In this document: positions 58,203 through 64,000 of the stretch, piece by piece
Numbering within the stretch: the stretch's first letter is position 1
Layout: each line of letters starts with the position of its first letter
Assembly: GCA_030646035.1 (NCBI GenBank)
Contig: JAUSMY010000056.1
Location: 5,481-69,480 of the forward strand
Reading direction: 5' to 3'
Length of the DNA: 64,000 nt
DNA from: Thermodesulfovibrionia bacterium
GTDB lineage: Bacteria > Nitrospirota > Thermodesulfovibrionia > UBA6902
Made by a program: the position numbers and the translations under genes
The notes under the pieces: model-generated
Database searches by the model: none
The model's input: only the letters and a program-made list of their open reading frames with translations
What the model was told of the DNA's origin: nothing

Positions 58203-60470
58203 TTGGCCAGTGTAACTATGCAGATAATCAAATTTAAGACCATAGCTCTGTCAATACTTTTCTTATGTATTGTTCCCTCTGTATCATCAGCCGCGCTTAC
58301 AGGAATGGGGAATATTGAGAATACAGTTTCTGAGGCGGTTAATGACGGTGAAAAGACTTTAACTAATTCTACGCAGAAGAATCTCAGGCTTTCGTTTTCA
58401 AGACATATAAACGAATTGTTATCATACAATCTGGAGTTAAGGACAAATTATTCGGATTCTGATACAGAAGACCCTTACGGATTAACCACCACCACTTCCC
58501 AAAAAACACTTGAACCCGGTATCAATCTGTCATTAAAAAACCCGATGTATGAGATCAGTACCGGTTTCAGGAGGCGTGAGGTGATGTTCTCCGGGACTTT
58601 CGTAAGCGATGAAAACAAGAGGATACGGGACAACTTTTATAGTGTTTTCAAGGTGAATCCTGTGGCGCTTCCTTCGCTGTCGGCGGAGTTTAACAGGGAG
58701 AATAATAATGACGGTGCATCTGTTAATAGCACCAGTAACGGGTATAATTTCAACTCGTTTTATAAGCTTCCATCGCAAGTGCTTGATTTAAGTATGTATC
58801 TTAACTATTCACATAGAGCATATCAGGATCCGCTGAGTGTAACTTATAAAAGTGTAAGAGATGATTTTTCAGGGCATTACAGGGTGGGGCATTCAAGAAA
58901 ATTTCTTGACAGCAAGCTCTTTTTTTCTGCTGCGTATGACGGCAATTTTACAAGAAGTACCGGAGAGAGCTTTTCTAACATGACCGGTGATGTACTTTTT
59001 GAGAGGACAGGAGTCGGCTTATACGCGCAGGGGACGTTCTTAGAACCTGACGTTGATAATCTCTCTTCAAAGCCCGGCCTGACCGATCCGGATCTTATTA
59101 CCTCTACAGGCATCGGCCTCAGCAGTTATGGTTTTGATGAATATCAAAACATGGGCATCCAGGTCTCCAAGGCCGATGCTGTTGACAGGTTATATATATA
59201 TGTCAACAAAAATGTAAGCGGTGATCTTAACCTTACTCTACCCGGCAACTGGAAGGTATATTGGAGTGATATGAATCTGATCGGCACATGGAGTCCGATA
59301 GGTATTATCGGTATAAGTGTATCTGTTTTCGATGCAGCTAATAATATTTACCGTTATGAGATCAAGCTTGCGGCTCCAACAAAAGCTGTCTATTTCAAGG
59401 CGGTCAATATGGCTGTCAGCGGAGTGTCGAATGTTTTTGTAACTCAGATAGAGGCTTACGGCATAGAAGTTATCCCGGAGTCAGGTGTTCTCAAGAGTTT
59501 CAGCACATCTATATTCCAGAGGATCGATCTGTTATCTACATATCAGCCCTTCAGAAAGCTTAGATTCACCCTGAATTACTCTATAGATAAATCTGATCAA
59601 AACCCTTCATTAACAGTTGGTTCTTTTTCTTCTATTATCACAAGTATATTTTTAAAATCCAAAAGCAATCAAGACGATCCTGATTACAGCAGCAGAATTA
59701 CAAAGAGCTTTGCCTTTGGTTCTACCTGGCTGGCCCACAGGCTGCTGACCGCTGATTTCCGTATGCAGTTCAGCCAGGCATATGATAATACTTTTAAAAC
59801 TGATAGCGCCTCTAATAGTTACTCTTTGAAATTTGCTTATGTTCCGATCCCGTATCTTAACGCCAATCTTGCGCTGACACGGACTGAGTCAATGAGTTTT
59901 GAAGTAAAAGAATCGACTAATAATTCAGTCTTCCTAACAATAGGGTCAAGGCTTTACAAAGACCTTAATATGGTCACGGATATAGGATATACCAGTTCTG
60001 AAAATTTACTGTCTCTATCTCAATCTTCATCTAAATACATAAGCGGAGCCATTGATACTGACCTGACAACAAAGTTATCAGGCACGTTACGTTACGGTTT
60101 TAACTGGATGACAACTGATGCTGAACAGGTTCAATCCCGAAGCGGCTCTGCATCCATTACGTACAGGCCCGGAAAGTTTGTTAATTTGTCAGGCGATCTC
60201 AACTATTCCTCTTCTTCAGCAGGAAGTTCAGTGATCAGGGAGGTATTTGTTGCTGACTGGAGGCCTATTCCGGTAATACAGTTAGGCACCACTTATCGCC
60301 ATTCATATTCTCAGCCCGACAGTTTTACTGCAGATTATATCTCTTTCATCGGGACATGGCACATTAAGAGGTTTGCTGATCTTCAGACCTCATACTCTTA
60401 TGAGCAGAAACAGGAAGAGACTAAGAGCGAGAATAGCAGTGTAAACGCAGGATTGAGCTTAAGGTTCTGA
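58203..60470 (+). CDS. Outer-membrane beta-barrel protein
   Basis: Signal peptide, alternating aromatic/polar beta strands, C-terminal AGLSLRF. Confidence 0.78.
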   Translation: MASVTMQIIKFKTIALSILFLCIVPSVSSAALTGMGNIENTVSEAVNDGEKTLTNSTQKNLRLSFSRHINELLSYNLELRTNYSDSDTEDPYGLTTTTSQKTLEPGINLSLKNPMYEISTGFRRREVMFSGTFVSDENKRIRDNFYSVFKVNPVALPSLSAEFNRENNNDGASVNSTSNGYNFNSFYKLPSQVLDLSMYLNYSHRAYQDPLSVTYKSVRDDFSGHYRVGHSRKFLDSKLFFSAAYDGNFTRSTGESFSNMTGDVLFERTGVGLYAQGTFLEPDVDNLSSKPGLTDPDLITSTGIGLSSYGFDEYQNMGIQVSKADAVDRLYIYVNKNVSGDLNLTLPGNWKVYWSDMNLIGTWSPIGIIGISVSVFDAANNIYRYEIKLAAPTKAVYFKAVNMAVSGVSNVFVTQIEAYGIEVIPESGVLKSFSTSIFQRIDLLSTYQPFRKLRFTLNYSIDKSDQNPSLTVGSFSSIITSIFLKSKSNQDDPDYSSRITKSFAFGSTWLAHRLLTADFRMQFSQAYDNTFKTDSASNSYSLKFAYVPIPYLNANLALTRTESMSFEVKESTNNSVFLTIGSRLYKDLNMVTDIGYTSSENLLSLSQSSSKYISGAIDTDLTTKLSGTLRYGFNWMTTDAEQVQSRSGSASITYRPGKFVNLSGDLNYSSSSAGSSVIREVFVADWRPIPVIQLGTTYRHSYSQPDSFTADYISFIGTWHIKRFADLQTSYSYEQKQEETKSENSSVNAGLSLRF

Positions 60471-60546
60471 TATGATTTTCTTAACGAAAAGCATAGTGTA
60501 TACTATATGCTTTAAATATTTTAATCTTATATAAGGGATAGTTAAA

Positions 60547-61137
60547 GTGGATTTAGCCGGAAATATTGTCAAAAGATCTTTTTTTAAGGTCCTTATAATC
60601 TTACTGCTGGCTGATATCGTGTTTTTATACGGTTGCGCAGTTAACAAATATTATAAAAAGCCAGATTATAATATTGCCCTTGTAAAAAAAGTAGCTGTAC
60701 TTCCTTTTGAGAACTTTGCTTCTGATAAATATGCAGGGGAGAAGATAAGGGAGAAGGTAGTTATTGAATTGCTGGCAAGCGGGTTTGAGGTTGTTGAAGA
60801 GGGAGAGGTCATGATGCAACTGACTCAGCTTAAGGTGCAGTCTGCTTCTTTATTGACTTTAGATGAGATCAAGAGCCTTGGGCAAAGCCTTGATGTGGAT
60901 GCGGTGATAAGGGGTTCTGTTTCAACTCTGGGGATAATAAAAGGGGCATCTGTTGAGTATCCTGAGGCTGCTTTGACCCTCAGGATGATAGAGGCAGAAA
61001 ATGGAGATACTGTCTGGTCTGTTTCAAATACTGCCGGCGGGCCGGGTTTTCTGACGAGGCACTTTGGTATTGAGGGAAAGACCCTTGATGAAGTGGCCCG
61101 GGAAGTTGTAAAAGAGTCTATTGATACATTAAAATAA
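60547..61137 (+). CDS. CsgG/PelC-like (DUF799-type) lipoprotein
   Basis: LYGC lipobox; KVAVLPFEN...VDAVIRGSV...LTLRMIEAE.G.TVWS. Confidence 0.72.
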   Translation: MDLAGNIVKRSFFKVLIILLLADIVFLYGCAVNKYYKKPDYNIALVKKVAVLPFENFASDKYAGEKIREKVVIELLASGFEVVEEGEVMMQLTQLKVQSASLLTLDEIKSLGQSLDVDAVIRGSVSTLGIIKGASVEYPEAALTLRMIEAENGDTVWSVSNTAGGPGFLTRHFGIEGKTLDEVAREVVKESIDTLK

Positions 61138-61175
61138 CAACTAATTTATATAATGTATATATATGATTTAATCTT

Positions 61176-61766
61176 ATGAAACTGATACATTTTAAAAGCT
61201 GGAGTTTATTGTTTCTTATGTTTTTGCTAGCGCCTATTTTGACAGGATGCGCGGGCTCAGTGACTTCTTATCATATCAAAGAGAATGTTGATTTCAGTTT
61301 CATAAAGAGAGTAGCAATTCTCCCGCTTGATAATTTTACATCGAACAAAAGTGCTTCTGAAGCGGTCAGGCAGGTAGTGACTACTGAGATGCTTGCTTCC
61401 GGATTTGTAGACGTTGTGGTTCCGGGAGATGTCATGGCAGCTATCAGCAGCATAGGTGTAAAGTCAATCTCATCTCCCAGCGTTGAGGAGATCAGGGCAT
61501 TGGGCAAATTTCTTAGAGTTGAGGCTGTTGTAACGGGTTCGGTTGATAATTACGCTGAAGTCAGGAGAGACAATGTAACAGTTGCTGAAGTATCTATCAC
61601 ATTGATGATGGTAGATACAGGCGCAGGTGATATACTCTGGTCTGTCTCAAAGACAAGTCCAGGAGCCGGTTTTATGGCAAGGCACTTTGGTGCAAGGACT
61701 CCCACTTTAAGTGAGACTACTTCAAACATCGTCAGGGAAGGCATAGCTACCCTGTCATCATATTAA
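61176..61766 (+). CDS. CsgG/PelC-like lipoprotein (paralog)
   Basis: LTGC lipobox; RVAILPLDN...VEAVVTGSV...MVDTG.G.ILWS; shares G.GF..RHFG with the upstream paralog. Confidence 0.72.
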   Translation: MKLIHFKSWSLLFLMFLLAPILTGCAGSVTSYHIKENVDFSFIKRVAILPLDNFTSNKSASEAVRQVVTTEMLASGFVDVVVPGDVMAAISSIGVKSISSPSVEEIRALGKFLRVEAVVTGSVDNYAEVRRDNVTVAEVSITLMMVDTGAGDILWSVSKTSPGAGFMARHFGARTPTLSETTSNIVREGIATLSSY

Positions 61767-61818
61767 TTCTATTTTGTATTTTTCCTTTAATGGCTGTTTT
61801 TGAATAGTTGAGCCTGAT

Positions 61819-62889
61819 ATGAAATTTATTAAATATATTGCGAAGCCATGTTTACTTATCCTGCCGATCTTTTTTTTTTATCTTTCCGAGACATCAGTAA
61901 AGGCATCGGACAGTCTATTATCTTCTGAAAAGCCTGAAATTAACAAAAGAGCTGTCGGGAAAAGAATAGCGATATTCCCTTTTGACAACTTTACTATTGA
62001 TGATAATGCGTTAAATGCTCTTATGCCAGTCATTCAGGAAGAGATGAAGGATCGCGGGTATTATGTAGTTGGGGAGCAGGAGCTTTATTCGAGTATTTGC
62101 AAGGATAGGATGCGGGAAACCGGGAACATATCAAAAGGGCTTGCTAAAAAAATATCTGATATTTTTAATGTAGAAGGGATATTGCTGGGCTCCATAGTAT
62201 CATACTCCGTAGAGGAGAAACCCAGGTTTGGGCTTATAGCCAGACTAATTGATCCATCTGACGGCTCTATACTATGGGCTGATTATTTCTCTGCCACAGG
62301 GGATGATTTCATCACGGTGCTCGGCCTTGGAGAGATCAAAGAGATGGATAAACTTATCCCGAAAGTTGTTAAAAGTCTGTTTGAATCATTCACTACAGAA
62401 ACGCCGCAAAAGGATGCCGCATACAGGATAGCTGTGATGCCGTTCATGAATGATACTGATTATAAAGATGCAGGCAAGATAGCCTCTCAGATGTTCGTGG
62501 TTCATCTTTTTAAAGATAGCAGTTTTATACCTGTAGAGTATGGGGAGGTCAGGAAGCAGTTAATTGATCTCAGGATCAGGGTTAAGGGGAATCTTGACTA
62601 TGCTACTATTACTGAGCTTACGAAAGTTATTGATGTGGATGGTTTTTTATTAGGTGAAGTCGGACTTTATTTTAACGGGGTGCAGCTCAATGCCCCTCCG
62701 GCGGCGTCTGTTTCCGCTAGGCTTATCGGATCCGTGAACAAAAAGATCCTTTGGTACGACCATGGTCAGATGAGCGGGGATGATGATGTTATAATATATG
62801 ACTGGCGCAGGCTCAGGTCAGTTGACAAAGTGGCAGATAAGATAGTTACAAAATTGGTTAATAATCTGGAGAAGACAAAATGGAACTGA
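61819..62889 (+). CDS. Exported protein with two CsgG/PelC-like domains
   Basis: RIAIFPFDN...ARLID...ILW and RIAVMPFMN...SARLI....ILW. Confidence 0.7.
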   Translation: MKFIKYIAKPCLLILPIFFFYLSETSVKASDSLLSSEKPEINKRAVGKRIAIFPFDNFTIDDNALNALMPVIQEEMKDRGYYVVGEQELYSSICKDRMRETGNISKGLAKKISDIFNVEGILLGSIVSYSVEEKPRFGLIARLIDPSDGSILWADYFSATGDDFITVLGLGEIKEMDKLIPKVVKSLFESFTTETPQKDAAYRIAVMPFMNDTDYKDAGKIASQMFVVHLFKDSSFIPVEYGEVRKQLIDLRIRVKGNLDYATITELTKVIDVDGFLLGEVGLYFNGVQLNAPPAASVSARLIGSVNKKILWYDHGQMSGDDDVIIYDWRRLRSVDKVADKIVTKLVNNLEKTKWN

Positions 62890-64000
62890 AGAATAAATGT
62901 TTGCAGCAATATGTCGGATTTGTAAGCCCCTTTATCATGATTTGTTTATTAGTATCAGCAGGGCTTCTTTCGGGCTGTGCTTCTATGGGTAAAAGAACAG
63001 ATGCACTTGCATATGTAGATGGGGATCCCATAACCAGAGATGACCTTTCATATTCATTAGGTGTTGAGCACAGGAGAGAGGACCTCTCTACCGCCAAAGC
63101 GCTTAATATAAGGGATTATCTGAATAAACTGATCAGTGATAGGCTAATCGTTCAGGAGGCACGCCGTATGGGTATACAGGAATACCCTGAGGCAAAAGAG
63201 AAGATCCAGGCATATATTCTTAGGGAGTCAGTATTGATGCTTCATGAAGATGAGATATTAAAAAAGGTTTCATTGATCCAAGAAGACGATATAAAGAAGT
63301 ATTACAAGGACAACTATAAGGTCTTTAAATTGGACGTTTTCGGCCTAAATACAAAAGAGGACGCATTAAAGCTTAAGGATATGGTCCTGCAGGGATCTGA
63401 TATAAGTCAGGTCTCAAAAGAGGATGCCGGTATCAACAGGATAGATGAAGGGAAAGAATTTACTTATAAGTCTCTTGCTCCGTCTATGCAGAAAGCAGTT
63501 TCAACGCTTAACCCTGGCGAGTACAGTGATGTTCTTGAGGTCAAAGGCGTTTATTATATCCTGAAACTCCTCAGTGTTGGGGATGCTCCTGATGACAAGC
63601 TTGAAAGCATAAGGGCTCATATAGTAAAGAGTCTCAGCACCCTTAAAGAAGAAGAGAGAAGCAATCAGTATCTTAAGGAACTGCGTGAACAGTCCTCCCT
63701 GAAGATCGATAATGACATTCTCTCATCTCTTAAACTCGGTGCTGAGGATGGCGAAAGAGCAAAGTTGGCTAATGACAGCAGGATCCTTGTAACTGTTAAT
63801 GGTGAGGTTTTGACTGTAGGAGAATTTATAGCTTTGCTGCCTCCTGTTATCAAGATCACTAATGAACAGCTCCTGAATAGCTGGATCACTCGTAAACTGG
63901 TGGATCAGGAGGCGTTGAGACGCCGCCATGACCTCCAGCCTAAACTTGAAGGGATGGTCAGGAGGTATGAGAACCAGGTCTTGCAAAATATGTATATCAA
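62880..64000 (+). CDS. SurA/PpiC-like foldase lipoprotein (runs off the right edge)
   Basis: ATG at 62880 overlapping the upstream gene; LLSGC lipobox, LAYVDGDPIT, LNKLISDRLIVQEARRMG, LNPGEYSDV, VTVNGEVLT; no stop seen. Confidence 0.78.
   Translation, partial: MELKNKCLQQYVGFVSPFIMICLLVSAGLLSGCASMGKRTDALAYVDGDPITRDDLSYSLGVEHRREDLSTAKALNIRDYLNKLISDRLIVQEARRMGIQEYPEAKEKIQAYILRESVLMLHEDEILKKVSLIQEDDIKKYYKDNYKVFKLDVFGLNTKEDALKLKDMVLQGSDISQVSKEDAGINRIDEGKEFTYKSLAPSMQKAVSTLNPGEYSDVLEVKGVYYILKLLSVGDAPDDKLESIRAHIVKSLSTLKEEERSNQYLKELREQSSLKIDNDILSSLKLGAEDGERAKLANDSRILVTVNGEVLTVGEFIALLPPVIKITNEQLLNSWITRKLVDQEALRRRHDLQPKLEGMVRRYENQVLQNMYI

Overview
The window has three parts. (1) 1-7562 is an AT-rich accessory block: a His-Xaa-Ser (Hxs) radical-SAM system (3' end of hxsB, hxsC, and hxsA fused to a peptidoglycan-binding domain), a secreted SNase+DRGH nuclease fusion, an SGNH+TolB-repeat protein, a lipoprotein and a convergent MBOAT acyltransferase. 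(2) About 7870-39140 is a siphovirus-like prophage with mixed Mu-like and lambda-like head genes. It has a lysis cassette inside the head region, an uncalled Com-type zinc finger with two copies of a ~60-nt hairpin element, and a tail module with a -1 frameshift. It also carries a cyclic-dinucleotide cargo cassette (2 PilZ, HD-[HD-GYP], MshEN), a Panacea toxin-antitoxin pair, two XRE repressors, two structured RNA leaders, xis and int. It ends at the 5' half of a tRNA-Glu(CTC) broken at its anticodon arm; the other att end was not found in the window. (3) 39200-64000 is host chromosome, by gene content probably an anaerobic Nitrospirota/Desulfobacterota-like bacterium (inference): tRNA-Gln, UDP-glucuronate decarboxylase, purN-purM, rnc-fabF-acpP-fabG, a heme-motif sensor kinase with a sigma54 activator, two PglL-like oligosaccharyltransferases, and a sigma54-driven pair of OmcS-like multiheme cytochromes followed by a putative export/assembly cluster. 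All calls come from reading motifs by eye; no searches were run.
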